Of a stretch of 64,000 nucleotides of DNA, positions 1 to 12,357 are shown piece by piece; within the stretch, counting starts at the first letter, position 1, and each line of letters begins with the position of its first letter. Source of the stretch: Podarcis melisellensis (taxonomy: Eukaryota). Location of the stretch: the NCBI GenBank assembly GCA_964234715.1, contig OZ174281.1; one strand, given 5' to 3'. The notes below the pieces were generated by a model. It ran no database searches. It was given only the letters and a program-made list of their open reading frames with translations, and was not told where the DNA came from. A program made the translations under genes and the position numbers.

Positions 1-756
1 GCTGGAATGTAGCCTAAAGTACAAAAGTGCCACTGTCCCTCCTCCTCCCCCCCCCATATATCTTTAAACAGCCTGAGGCTTGATGCTTCTAGATACTGAG
101 AATTAGTTTCTAAGCATGTGAGAAGACTGAAATGCAGACGCCTAATGTTTTATACCTCTGTTCTCTGATTCTGCCAGCAAAGCCCCTATTTCTACACAAA
201 AGGGCAGAATCCCTGTTGGTCTATTGAACATGCCTTCCCTTCTACAAATGGCATTATTGCATTACTATTATTGATTAGAGAATGTTCATGGGGGAAAGCT
301 GGGATTAACAGCTTAATTTCAGAGTCAAGCCTCTTGTGTATTATAAGAGACACTGTTAACTCTACAGTGCTCACTGATTTTCTGTCACATATGCACTATG
401 TCTGTTTGATACAATGTGCCCCACTTCTCTCTGGTAGTTGTTGGGTTGGAATATGAAAATTAAGATTACCTTCAACTTTGGGTTCTCAGAAATATTATTT
501 GAATCTAAGCTTGTTTTCAGCTGGACCTGGGCCCCTGGGATTTTACAGATTGTGGAATTCAGAGCAAACCTTGGGCCTCCACATTCCTCCCAATGCTTCC
601 ACACCACGGAGGGAACGTAAAGGGTGAACCAGGAGATAACATTTTGAATGCAGGACCAGAGACTGCATTTTAGTGGGATCTTCTGTTCCAGGCATTGGCT
701 GCCACTGTGATGATGAGGAAGCCTGAGATGGTCCTTATTATATTAATCGTATTTTA

Positions 757-925
757 CCGTATTTTTCGCTCTATAACACGCACCCGACCATAACACACAC
801 GTAGTTTTTAGAGGAGGAAAATCCATAGGCATGCCACCCGTAGGCATTTCCTCCATAACACGCACAGACATTTCCCCTTTCTTTCTAGGAGGAAAAAAGT
901 GAGTGTTATGGTGCAAAAAATACAG
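757..925. mobile_element. Tc1/mariner (pogo/Tc2-like) MITE
   Basis: Imperfect TIRs CCGTATTTTTCGCTCTATAACAC and GTGTTATGGTGCAAAAAATACAG, with TA on both sides. Confidence 0.75.
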
Positions 926-1633
926 TATATAGTAGACAAGTCACAGGATTGGAAGTAGTTTTTTTTAAAGTTATATTAGTTCATGCTATACAACATTGAC
1001 CTTTTGTTGCTTTTGAGGATAGTAGTTCCCTAGAGTTTGGCTTTAAGAGGTTTTAACAATAACTAATTTTATTCCCACAACTCAAGTTATTATATAAAAT
1101 GGCTGCAAGCAACTGGTGGGTACTCCTTTTTGCCTTAGTTTGATGAGGTGGTTTGGGGAATTTAAGATTAGACCTATTGATTACTTATTTGTCATTTGTA
1201 GTGTCTACTGTGGGCTTCACTGAACACAAGCAACTACAAGCAACTGCAATTACATAGTCTATTTGGGCTAACTCTTAACCACTAAAATGTGTGCAACTTT
1301 GAAAGACCTTAAAAAATAACACAATTATTATAGATGGCTTGAGGTCAGCACCAAGCATTTAGAATTGTGGGAATCTGGAATGTACCATTCTCATTGTTGA
1401 AACTTGGGACTTGGATCAAAGAGTACATGCTACACAGACTGTGAAATACAAGGACTTAGATTGTTAGGTTCAGGTCTTCAAAGTTTTGTTAGCTAGATCA
1501 CAATGACAATGGAGTTTTGTTTTCAGAATAAGGGATATTTCTTAATTTTCCTCTGAAAGTCAGTTTTACTGCTTGCCACTGTGCAATACTGAGAATAACA
1601 ATCTTCCTCCTACTTATTCTTGAACATTTTAAG

Positions 1634-1842
1634 GTATGCTGTAATCGCTTTTGGCTGTGCAAGCTGTCCTAAACTTACATGTGGACGTGAAGGCTGTGGA
1701 ACTGAATTTTGCTATCATTGTAAACAAATTTGGCATCCCAACCAGACTTGTGATGCTGCTCGCCAGGAGAGAGCCCAGAGTCTACGCTTGCGAACAATTC
1801 GTTCTTCGTCCATTAGCTACAGCCAGGAGTCTGGAGCAGCAG
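1634..1842 (+). CDS. RNF19A: RNF19A coding exon (IBR)
   Basis: ttttaag|G TAT GCT ... GCA G|gtattt; [16 protein letters not shown]...SQESGAA. Confidence 0.95.
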
Positions 1843-4800
1843 GTATTTATTACCTGAAATACTAGGTGTCTTTAAAACATTTTAAACTATCAGATAACTG
1901 TTTTGTTCACTGATTATTGATGTTTATTAAGAAAGGAGCGCTGAGTCCAGTAGCCCTTATTTCAGCATTATGCAAATGGTGCAAACTTTCATAATCAGAT
2001 GATCCAGAAGTCGACTGATAATGGTTGACTTAATAGAGGTTAACCAATATCATTGTTGTTGTTGTTATTATTTATTAAATTTATTTACTGTACTTCTTCC
2101 AAGGATCACAGTGCAGTGAAACTAGACATTTTCATGATTGTCTTGCTTTGAGATTCAATTCATGACTTATTATGTTTTTATGATTACTTTGGGGAAGGCC
2201 TTCAAAATATAAGCAATGACTTAAGTAGAAAGTGAAGGACAGAGCTTACTAGGTTTATTTTATTTTTTAAAAACTGCCCTTGTGCTTATACTTCTGCAGC
2301 TGATAACCATGCCTATCCACCTGTTTTAAAGGCAAAAGATTTATACAATATGAAGAGAAAACAGGCTATCTGTTGACTCACCTATGATATGCTCCTTGGT
2401 AACCTGTGCAAGAGGACTGACTGCATATAATGCCTTGCTTTGTCAGTGAACCTATTTCACACTGGACAGCCAGAAACCTCATCAGAATCTTGGGCAAGGG
2501 GGAGGAATTGGCATCGCTTTAGAGCATAATTACTGAATTAATGTAGAGCGAAAAATTTCACAGTACACTCTGTTGGATTTTTATTTGGATATGGATAGTA
2601 GAACATCTGATCCAGGTGCTTCTTTGTTATACTGAGTCACAGATGTTGACTTAGAGGAGGGGTTGCTAACCTTTTGGGACCAGTAGACATGGGCATTGCT
2701 GGGGGCAGGAACAGGGAGGGACAGCTGCCCCATTAAATAAAAATACATAGCTAACTGAGGTTCTGCCTCCCTAACAAAAGGCCTGCCCCTCCTAAGAAAA
2801 ATCCTGGCTACACCCATGCCAGTGGATATGTTTTGCCACAAAATGGCTGCCATAGGCGTATGGTGTAACACAAAATAAGAGAACATGGTCAGCCTCCTCA
2901 ACCTCATGTTTATCATGGGAAGATCTGTGTCCTGCTGGTCTTGATTGTGGAGATGCAACTTTTAAAGGCACAAAACCCCCATTTCCCCCAGTGTCAATTC
3001 TAAACCAAAGCCAAGGCTGTTATTTTGTACCCACTTACCTGGGAGTAAGTCCCATTAAGCACAGAGACTACTTCTGAAGGAGGTATGGGTATTGTTGAGC
3101 TGTAAGTTAAGTATACATTGAATTCTTAATGAGTGCCTGGAGTGCTCCTACACTGCAAGAGACACGCCTAAGCCACTTTCCAAAGTGTTCATGTTTTGCA
3201 TTTGCCATATGGAAAAGGGATTATTTAGCTTCCACCCACGCTTACTGTGTAGTAGTAGTTGCAGAAAATAAACTCTAGACAGTACCTGATCGCAAATGAA
3301 CTATCCATAGGATATATGTATCCTGGTTGCCATGGGAAAAGGTGGAAAACTAGGGAGATTCCAAGGACTACTCTAAATAAGACAGATGCAGGAATAATTC
3401 ACTAAAAGGGAGAAGAAAACAGAAGTTCTTTAGGATCCGAGGTGTCCAAACAGCACTGACTTTCCTTGCTGACTGCAAATGACAGGCTGAAGCAACCAAC
3501 CTAGCTCATTGCACAAAAATTGTGTAAAAGGTACCTGCATGTACCTGTTATTATTTATTAATTTTGTATATACCCACAGATCTCCCGGTTCTCCAGTTAA
3601 ATTTTTCTCCCTTTAGGTTAATTCTTTATTAAGTTAGGCTGAACTTGGAATTGGTCGCAACCAGTTAAAATTTACAAACATTTCCAGACATGATTTTCAG
3701 TGTTGTTTGTTCTCATAAGCAGCATGGGTTCATTGGGTTTCTTTTTAAACAGCTGATGACATAAAGCCATGCCCACGCTGTGCTGCTTATATAATAAAGA
3801 TGAATGATGGAAGCTGCAATCATATGACATGTGCGGTCTGTGGATGTGAATTCTGTTGGCTATGCATGAAGGAGATTTCAGACTTGCATTATTTAAGGTA
3901 TGTATTGAAAGAGTTCATATACCTCACTTCATGTTGTACCCCACTAATTAACAGCAGCCTAGGCTATAAATCCTTTAAAAGGAAGGAAGGAAGGAAGGAA
4001 GGAAGGAAGGAAGGAAGGAAGGAAGGAAGGAAGGAAGGAAGGAACAAGTGACATTTGTTTTGATCATGCACATTTGATGTAGTCTTGAGGTAGGGACGCG
4101 GGTGGCGCTGTGGGTAAAACCTCAGTGCCTAGGACTTGCCGATCGTATGGTCGGCGGTTTGAATCCCCACGGCGGGGTGAGCTCCCGTCTTTCGGTCCCA
4201 GCTCCTGCCCACCTAGCAGTTCGAAAGCACCCCTAAGTGCAAGTAGATAAATAGGTACCGCTTTATAGCAGGAAGGTAAACGGCGTTTCCATGTGCTGCG
4301 CTGGTGCTGGCTCGCCAGAGCAGCTTCGTCACGCTGGCCACGTGACCCGGAAGTCTTAAGTGAAATGAGCGCACAACCCTAGAGTCGGACACGACTGACC
4401 CATACGGGGAGGGGTACCTTTACCTTTACCTTAGTTTGAGGTGGAATTCTATTTTCATACCTGGTTAGATTTTTAATATATATAAAACTGGTTTGAGAGG
4501 GAGTTTACTGATATTAGATAAGGCAGGACTTTCCATTGCATGGGTGTCAACTACAGGAAGTGCCTTGCTTTCTATAGCCTGGTGCACACGGAAGCTCTCT
4601 TCAGAATATGATAAAGTGACGGGGAAACCCCAGGACTTACTGTGGGAGATTAGGAAATGGACTTCCCGCAGTAAATTTCACTAAGAAAGATAGCAATGGA
4701 ATCAAATCTATCACCACAATCCCCGCCTCCCATCATATGTCCTACATGCTTGGAGAAGCCTTTTGCAAAGAGAACATTCTGTTTGTTATTGTGTCTAGCT

Positions 4801-6582
4801 GTGTTCAGAACAAGTGGGACAGCTGCTGCCATAAAACTTCATCAACAGGCCTTAGAGCTTTTGCCTAAGTACAACACACAATTCCTAGAGAAAGACAAAA
4901 CTTGTCAGATGTTTCAGTTAAATTTGAGGAAGGTAAATTTTCCCCATTCATAGTAAAGAGGTTCATTTAAAACGTAGGTGGAGAAACTTTGTTCCAAATC
5001 CCGAGTTGCCCATTTTAGCATCAGCCCTGGGAAGAGCCATGATCTGATGAAACCAAAAAGAAAATGCACTGGATATAAATGGTGTGCTGCTGGTCTGGTA
5101 CTATATTAGTTTCAGTTTACTCTCTCTACAACCTGAAACGTTACATTACGTTAACACTTTTAGCAGGATTTCAGATTCAAGCATTCTTGCTCTCTCTGTT
5201 AGAGAATGTTATTATAAAACTGACTATTCTGTGAGTCATAAGTTTGCCTTACTTATGGAAAATTTCTTCAAATAGTCCATCAGGTTGTACATTCTGGGGG
5301 AAAAAACCATGGAGTCGGAAGAAGAAAATACTGTGGCAACTAGGGACGCTTGTGGGTGCACCTGTGGGAATCGCCTTAATAGCAGGCATTGCTATTCCAG
5401 CTATGATTATTGGAATACCTGTATATGTGGGACGTAAGGTAAGGTGACTGTGTGTTTAGAGTCTTCAGTTACATAGGACTTGGATACTTTTGTACACATG
5501 TTTAAGGCTTGTTCACACAGCAACATGTTGTACTTCAAGATATTGTAGTAATATATATATATAGAGAGAGAGACTGCCTTTAGTCAACTTACATAAATAA
5601 ATGTACCTAGAACCAGGAAAAAAAGCATAATTTTTTTAAAAAAACACTTAAAAAAAAGTATAATGCAGCAGCATAGAATTAAATAAGCTAGTAATATTTG
5701 CAAACAGTTTCTGTCTATAAATCTGCGGCATTAAGACGCTTCATTTAAGAAAAGGCAGCTCAAAATAAAAAAATATATATATTCTTGCAGGAAATACTTC
5801 TCAGTTCTGTGATGTGCAATGCATTCTAAAATGCTCTTTTTCTTAAAGATTCACAATCGCTATGAAGGTAAAGACATTTCAAAGCACAAGAGGAACTTGG
5901 CCATTGCAGGTGGCGTAACCTTGTCTGTAATTGTTTCACCGGTTGTAGCTGCAGTAACTGTTGGTAAGTAAAGGTGCAGGTAAAAATCAGGAAAACCCTT
6001 TCAGAATTAGTTATTTATACTGATTTATAAAAAGCTTTGTTTACACATTGCTGTAAAGGTGGGGCACAAAGAATTGATATTATCGATGCTGCTGGGCATT
6101 CATTGTACAGCTCTGAACCCTATTTTCCAAAAATGCATTACTAGCTTATAAAAGTATGTGGAGCTGAAACAATCCCTGTGCCTAAGCACTCATCCCAATT
6201 ATTGTAGGTTTGGTAATATTCTCTCTGAAAACCAGGGCCTCAGTACAAGATACCTGTGTGTGTTCAGATATGTATGTAAGCCCTTGGGTCAAGCCCCATC
6301 AATTCCAAGGGAAGAACCACACCCAGTGGTACAAAACAGTGTACATACAGACCTGATTCATCAGTTGAAATGAAAGGAAGAGGCATTAGAAGCAGAGGAT
6401 CTCAGTGTCACATAGAAACTCCTGGCATCAGGAGGTGTTTATAGGATTAAGGGGAGTGTCTTTTTCATTTATAGTAGTAATTCAGCTTTTATTTTCTTTG
6501 CCACTTTTTGTGATAGCCTATTAAATTGTATAATAAGGAGATATATAGTGATCTCTCTCTCGTGTGTGTGTGTGAGAGAGAA

Positions 6583-6623
<41 letters not shown>

Positions 6624-9600
6624 GATATCACACAACATGACAACTCTGTACTGATTATAGTGTTCTACATTTTTATTGCAGGAATTGGTGTCCCGATTAT
6701 GTTGGCCTATGTCTATGGAGTAGTTCCTATCTCTCTCTGCCGAAGCGGAGGTTGCGGTGTATCGGCTGGCAATGGAAAGGGTGTCAGAATAGAATTTGAT
6801 GATGAAAATGATATAACTGTTGGTGGAACAAATGCAGCAGTAGGTAAGGAAAGTCTGTTCCAGTCTCTTCTCAATGTCTTCAGTTGATGGATTGAGTTGA
6901 TAGATGATATACATGCTCTCTTCTTGCAGACATTGTAGTTATATCAGTCTAGGACCAGCACTAACCCAGATTCTTGGGACACATGGAAAAGCTTAGCAGC
7001 AACCCTAGTAGTCACTGTTCCAGCTTTTCCAGAGCAATGTCTTTCTCTACATTGAAGGAGTTTCAGTGAAATGCTTTTCCTATTAATTTTAAGTACTACC
7101 CTTTTCATATTTAGATCTTTCTTCTTTGGCAGTCACTCGTAGTTGAGTAAGATTATCTTCCATAAACACGGTTTTAAGAATGAGTCCGTAAGAGACTGTG
7201 GAGGCCAATTCTGGATCCACACGTCCTTCCACAGTGGGGACATTGGTTTCCGGGCGGGAGTTTATCACGGTGTGGATTTGCCAACGGTGCTTTCCTCTTA
7301 GCACGTTTCTCCCTTACGTCCCGAGTTTAAGTGTCTTTACCTTTACCTTTCATATTTAGATACCACATCAGTAGCAGAGGCACGTAATAACCCCAGCATA
7401 GGGGAAGAAAGTGTTGGAGGATTGACTGGAAGCCTGAGTGCAAGTGGTAGCCATATGGACAGAATGGGAGCAATTCGAGACAATCTGAGCGAAACTGCCA
7501 GCACTATGGCCCTGGCTGGAGCCAGTATAACAGGGAGTCTGTCGGGAAGTGCAATGGTCAACTGCTTTAACAGGTAAGATAATTTGTGTCCAAAGTTCAG
7601 TTTTTGTGTCTGCTTCTGTAAACAAACTACAGTTAGCTCTGAGGGGATCAACTTTTTCGTGTTGTACTTTCTGATGTGATACTTTTTTATTTTGATCTCA
7701 TGTAGTCTAAAAACAGTTACTTTGTTTACATGGATTAAAGAAGCTTTCTGATCCCTGATTACTCAATTGCAGTTAAAGGAAGGGAAGGAAGTTCAGGTGC
7801 TACAAATTACATAGGCCACTTCGAAAGTTTCTGGCAACAGAATTTAGTGCAGTGTGTTTGGTGTGTCAAAACTGTTGCTAAATGGGGGGCTTTGAGAGAA
7901 GATTTTTTTCTGAAATGAGTTGGGCTCATAATAAATGATATTTTCTGCCCCTCTTTTTTTGGCCAAATAGTGCTATTCTTCTGTAGTTGGTTTTCTGTCT
8001 CAACTACAGTGAGCAATGTACCAAAACAGCATAAGGAGTTCTACCTTCTACCATGTGTATGGCTTCAGGGGCAACAGGAAAATATTGTCTAAACACGGGT
8101 CTTTTGTAGTCTGGGAAGCTTTTGTACTGACAGTAGCCAACTAGATAATAGAATCATAGTATTGTAGAGTTGGAAAGGACCGTGAGGTTCATATCGTCCA
8201 ACCCATTGTGGGGCTCAAACCCACGACCCTGAGATTAAGAGTCTCATTCTCTAGCCACATGCCTGTGAGTAGCTTGCAAGCAGAAGCTTCTAAAAGACTC
8301 CCAAGTGAAATGAAAGCTGAAAGATAATAAGAGAACTAAAATTGAATTTCTCCCCAAGGTTGGAAGTTCAAGCAGACGTGCAGAAGGAAAGGTGCAGTTT
8401 GAGTGGAGAGTCGGGCACCGTTAGTTTAGGAACAGTTAGTGACAATGCCAGCACCAAAGCGATGGCTGGATCCATTTTAAATTCATATATCCCATTGGAC
8501 AGGTAAGAATTAAGTAGTGGAAATGTGAATAGAAATGCAGCTTATTCAATTCTGTTAATTGAACGATGTCGTATTCAATATGCATACCTTGTAGTAGTCT
8601 GCAAAAGTAGCATTAATGAATTCCCCTTCTTTGAAATTTCTGGTATGATTGTTGTTGGATGTAACAATATTTTTTATCTATTATCAAATTTCTGCCCCAC
8701 CCTTCTGAAGTTCAGTCCTTCAGAGCCAGGGAGGTGGTGGGATTTTTAGTTTCTTCTTGGTTTGAGCTGCTATTACTTAAATATAATTTTCTTGACCTGC
8801 ACATACAAAACCTTGTTAAATTCATTTTTTAAAAAAGCTTTGGATCTCTGCTTTTATGAAGTAACTTTGTCAATATGATTTCTTGCTAGAACTATCCAAA
8901 ATCCTCACTGTCCACTTAGTGCATCTAATAAAAGCTTGAAATAAAAGCTCCTTGAAAATAAAAGCTCTTGGCGGAATTTTTTTCCTGGCTTGGTTTTAAA
9001 AATTATATTTGCACATTTCTTTTTTATTGAGAAACTGGTGTAAGATGTCTTTATATCTCCCCACCTCCCACAGTTTGCAAAGCTTGGTAAAGGTAGATCC
9101 AGCTTGGCTATCCTGTGAATTTCAGACATTCCATTCACAGAAAGGACTCAGGTCTTGTAGAGACTTCCTGCTGGACAGGAGCAGTGATTTCCACCAATTC
9201 TTCCTGCAGCCCCCCCCCCCATGCCTCCAGGTAGTCCTCTGACTCTTAAACTGCTTTTGGCAGGCTGCAGGAGGAAGGAGAATTGCTGAAAATTGCCTCT
9301 CCTTTTCCATTTGGCATGTCTGGATCCAACCCTGTATGGTTTTCTTTCTGGATATCTTTTACAAATGGTTGATGGGCTTCTGGAATGTATGCTTGTGGAT
9401 CCATGGCACATTAAAGTTAGGAAGAAGTTCTCATAATGTGCTTTTAGATATGTGTACTAAAAACAGTGGAAAGTCCTATGACACTTCAAGGACTAAAATG
9501 GATTGTGACAAGAACTTCCAAGGCAAAACCCTACTGCAACTGATCCATGAAGTGAACAGTGAAGATAATGGATTATGTGCATAGGTCCAGTGAGAAATCT

Positions 9601-10668
9601 GATATGTTAATTATTTTCTTTTAAAGCAGAGTTTCAACACATAAATCAGTTGCAGTTCATAAGGCTTTATATCTGCAGTATTTTTAAAAAAGAAACTAAA
9701 CTTATATTTGAATAATAGTGGCTCATTTTTCCTTAAAGGGATGGGTAGAGATAAATAGAGGCAATGTTTCAGCACCTGAAATAGTTGTGTTTATATTGTA
9801 TTACATCATTTTATTAAGGGCAATATTAGCAGAATGAGTCACCAGGCTTTTAGTGCCATTTTTTCCTAAAGCTATACTGCATTGTGTTAAAATGCTTTTA
9901 AATTGCATTTTTCCATTTTTAATTTCACAAATTGAAACATTTTTAAAATGAATACTTCTCTCTTCTCCCCCTTCTAGAGATAGCAGCAGTATGGAGGTAC
10001 AAGTAGACATTGAATCAAAGCCCACAAAATTCAGACACAACAGTGGGAGCAGTAGTGTTGACGATGGTAGTTCTGCAGGTCAAAGTAACGCTGGTTGTTC
10101 GTCAGCCTGCTTGTCAGAAAACAAATCTAGTGCCACCAAGTGGTCCAAAGATGCATCGGCAGGGAAAAAATGCAAAGGTAAACTAAGAAAAAAGAGTAGC
10201 ATGAAGATAAATGAGACCAGAGAGGACATGGATGCTCAGTTATTAGAGCAACAAAGCACAAACTCCAGTGAATTTGACTCTCCCTCCCTCAGTGACAGTA
10301 TCCCATCTGTAGCTGATTCCCACTCAAGTCATTTTTCTGAGTTTAGTTGCTCTGATATGGAGAGTATGAAAACCTCATGTAGCCATGGTTCCAGCGATTA
10401 TCATACCCGGTTTACCACGGTTAACATTCTCCCAGAGGTAGAAAATGACCGTTTAGAAAACTCTCCACACCAAAGTGGCAATTCGTTGCTGATTCCAGCT
10501 GCTCCAAACTCAGAGGCTCCACAGCTGAGTTACATTGCTGAAGAATGTGTTTATAATGGGACTTCAAGTGTTGCAGATATGGGTACTGGTGAAACACTGA
10601 AAGAAGCAAACAACAACCATTCACAGCACGCTGTGGAGTTAAATGCTGCAATTCAGACTGAGATTTAA
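1634..10668 (+). CDS. RNF19A: RBR E3 ubiquitin ligase RNF19A (Dorfin), 3' part; 8 coding exons in the window, 5' exons upstream of it
   Basis: Exons 1634-1842, 3753-3897, 5276-5438, 5849-5963, 6682-6843, 7360-7573, 8359-8502 and 9978-10668 join in frame with GT-AG introns. They encode the IBR ([24 protein letters not shown]), RING2 (CPRC...[19 protein letters not shown]), two hydrophobic TM segments and a Ser-rich tail ending AIQTEI*. Confidence 0.97.
2688..2818. mobile_element. hAT-type MITE (CATGGGC..GCC TIR family; relatives near 43537-43638 and 43744-43888)
   Basis: TIRs catgggcattgct and ggctacacccatg; 8-bp TSD ccagtaga/ccagtgga. Confidence 0.65.
3753..3897 (+). CDS. RNF19A: RNF19A coding exon (RING2, catalytic Cys)
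   Basis: aaacag|CT GAT GAC ... TTA AG|gtatgt; [26 protein letters not shown]. Confidence 0.95.
3979..4044. repeat. (GGAA)n microsatellite
   Basis: Perfect tetranucleotide run. Confidence 0.95.
4093..4431 (+). mobile_element. Sauria SINE (lacertid POM-like), near full length
   Basis: tRNA-like head GGGACGCGGGTGGCGCTGTGGG with a B-box-like GGTTTGAATCC; BovB-related 3' part (AGAGTCGGACACGACTGA); (ACCTTT)n tail; TSD approximately tagt(c)ttgaggt. Confidence 0.9.
5276..5438 (+). CDS. RNF19A: RNF19A coding exon (TM1)
   Basis: aaatag|T CCA TCA ... CGT AAG|gtaagg; [37 protein letters not shown]. Confidence 0.95.
5849..5963 (+). CDS. RNF19A: RNF19A coding exon (start of TM2)
   Basis: ttaaag|ATT CAC AAT ... 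GTT G|gtaagt; [38 protein letters not shown]. Confidence 0.95.
6552..6625. repeat. Compound (CT)(GT)(GA)(GACA) microsatellite
   Basis: Directly visible. Confidence 0.85.
6682..6843 (+). CDS. RNF19A: RNF19A coding exon
   Basis: ttgcag|GA ATT GGT ... GTA G|gtaagg; [25 protein letters not shown]...EFDDEND. Confidence 0.95.
7117..7347 (-). mobile_element. 5'-truncated RTE-clade LINE, antisense to RNF19A
   Basis: The minus strand encodes REKRAKRK...[22 protein letters not shown], an RTE C-terminal zinc finger, followed by a short 3'UTR and a GAA-rich tail. 14-bp TSD tttcatatttagat at 7103-7116 and 7348-7361. A related copy lies at 62117-62343. Confidence 0.88.
7360..7573 (+). CDS. RNF19A: RNF19A coding exon (acceptor lies within an RTE target-site duplication)
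   Basis: atttag|AT ACC ACA ... AAC AG|gtaaga; [20 protein letters not shown]...AMVNCFNR. Confidence 0.93.
8146..8255 (-). mobile_element. tRNA-Lys(CTT)-derived SINE with CR1-like 3' tail
   Basis: Minus strand GAGACTCTTAATCTCAGGGTCGTGGGTTTGAGCCCCAC, then GGTCCTTTCCAACTCTAC...ATGATTCTAT (CR1-type tail). Confidence 0.7.
8359..8502 (+). CDS. RNF19A: RNF19A coding exon
   Basis: cccaag|G TTG GAA ... GAC AG|gtaaga; [24 protein letters not shown]...SYIPLD. Confidence 0.95.
9978..10668 (+). CDS. RNF19A: RNF19A last coding exon
   Basis: ttctag|A GAT AGC AGC AGT ATG, in frame with ORF 9991..10668 ending AIQTEI*. Confidence 0.95.
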
Positions 10669-12130
10669 ACCTGTAAGCGCTGCAGAAATGTATTTACCAC
10701 TAAAGAGCCCTTTTCTGTTAGCTGGTCAGGTAACTTTCAGCGGCCATCAGAAGCAAAGCTTCAATGCAATTTACATTTTATATATCTCTATTAAGGCAGA
10801 ATGCTTTGCGTGGAACTCTGTTGCAGAACTATGTGAAGTGACATGAAGGTGTAAACAAGTGCATTACAACGAAATGAATATGTTGATGTTTTGTATTATT
10901 GCCATAACTTTGTTGAAGGTCTGCATGTGGGTAGGGGCAAAAGCTGACTCATGTCAATTGCAGAAGTGACCACTTGGTAATAGATAACATGTAAAAATGC
11001 AGCAAGTGGTTTCAAGTCCCCAGCAGTAACTTCAAGCTCTGGTGAATAGCACCTAGCAAAAATTAGTTGCATTAACCATACCAAATATTTCAGTGCTGTT
11101 AATATTGTCTGGGACAGAATGTAATCTGTTCCAGGCAATGCTGAGACACACAACGTTCCTTGAGCAAGGTTATGGCATTTAATATAATTTTTAAGTATGA
11201 AAAACTGGTACTTGATATATGATAGGTAGCAAGGTGACGTCTCCTTATCAAGCAAGTGGGGGTAATTTAATTATATTTGCAACTGACAGCAGAAGGTAAG
11301 GTTATGATATGCTGTATAAAAGTTTTTGTAAAATTTAAGATCATTTTAATTTGTAATCCATTATAGTGAAGCTGATCTAGTCGCCTTTCACCCAGGGGAC
11401 TTCAGTTATGCTGTTTAATTCTTGGTGCCTTTGGAAAAGACTGGGGGTTTAAGTGCCTGGTCTGTTGATGCTTTCACTGTACAGTTTTCCAGAATGTTTT
11501 CTCTTGCCACCTTTTTGGAAGCTAAAGGAAAACTTCAGAAAATCAACTGACTGTGGTAGATTAATGGGTATCGTAATACTGAAGTATTAGCCTACCAAAG
11601 ATTCACTCAGGCTTTTAGTGGATAACTTTTCTGACATCCCTTTTGCGAGTCACATACACAGAAATAAAGCACAGTGCAGAGCTTGCACATATACAAAATT
11701 TGGGCTTCAAATTTGGCTGGCTTTTGGGGCTTTCCCATGTTATCCTCCTTATGGAAGATATTCAGCTAAACATAAGCTGAAGCTAGCTCAGGCGTCTGCA
11801 CTGTTAGATGTTTGCTACACAATCCAGAATGATATGTGCCCTCTGCCCCTCCCCCAAAAGAAAAAAAAATTATTATCCTTGGCGCATAATAGCCTCCAAT
11901 TTTTGTTCTGTGTTTTTTGTAAGTATTGCCATTATGGTGCTACTGAAAGTTTGGTTGTATGAGAAGACAGCTGCTGTGAGCTGCAGCCCTCTTCCACGAC
12001 TTCCCTTCACCAGTTTCTTTAATCGGCTTATAACACTAGTGCCAGATACGTCATTTGGTAACGCTTGTTACAATATTTGTATATTTGCTCTTTTCTTTTG
12101 CTCAATGATGTGTGTAAACTGCATACCTGA

Positions 12131-12136
12131 AATAAA
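12131..12136 (+). terminator. Probable RNF19A polyadenylation signal
   Basis: AATAAA followed by a GT/T-rich downstream stretch (tattttggttgtcttctgt), about 1.46 kb after the stop; a more proximal AATAAA lies at 11663-11668. Confidence 0.6.
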
Positions 12137-12357
12137 TGTCTGAGTACTATTTTGGTTGTCTTCTGTCCATTTGAACAAAGAACCTTTAGCCTGGAGATCA
12201 AGCATATACACTATTGGTGTGGGATGAAATAGCTGTTTCAAAGAATGGCCCCCAAAAGTAGTGTGTCTTGCATTTTCACCTCTCCCTTCTCAGCTACTTA
12301 ATCAAGTAGGGCTGAGGCCATCAGAAATAGTTTATTGTGGTGAATATAGGACAAGAA

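Noticed and set aside
3898-4051. ORF extension with KEGR repeats after the RNF19A RING2 exon
   Set aside because: It is read-through past the donor at 3897 into an intronic (GGAA)n microsatellite.
7336-7350. Separate Sauria SINE insertion suggested by ACCTTT repeats
   Set aside because: No SINE body is present; it is treated as junction filler of the RTE insertion.
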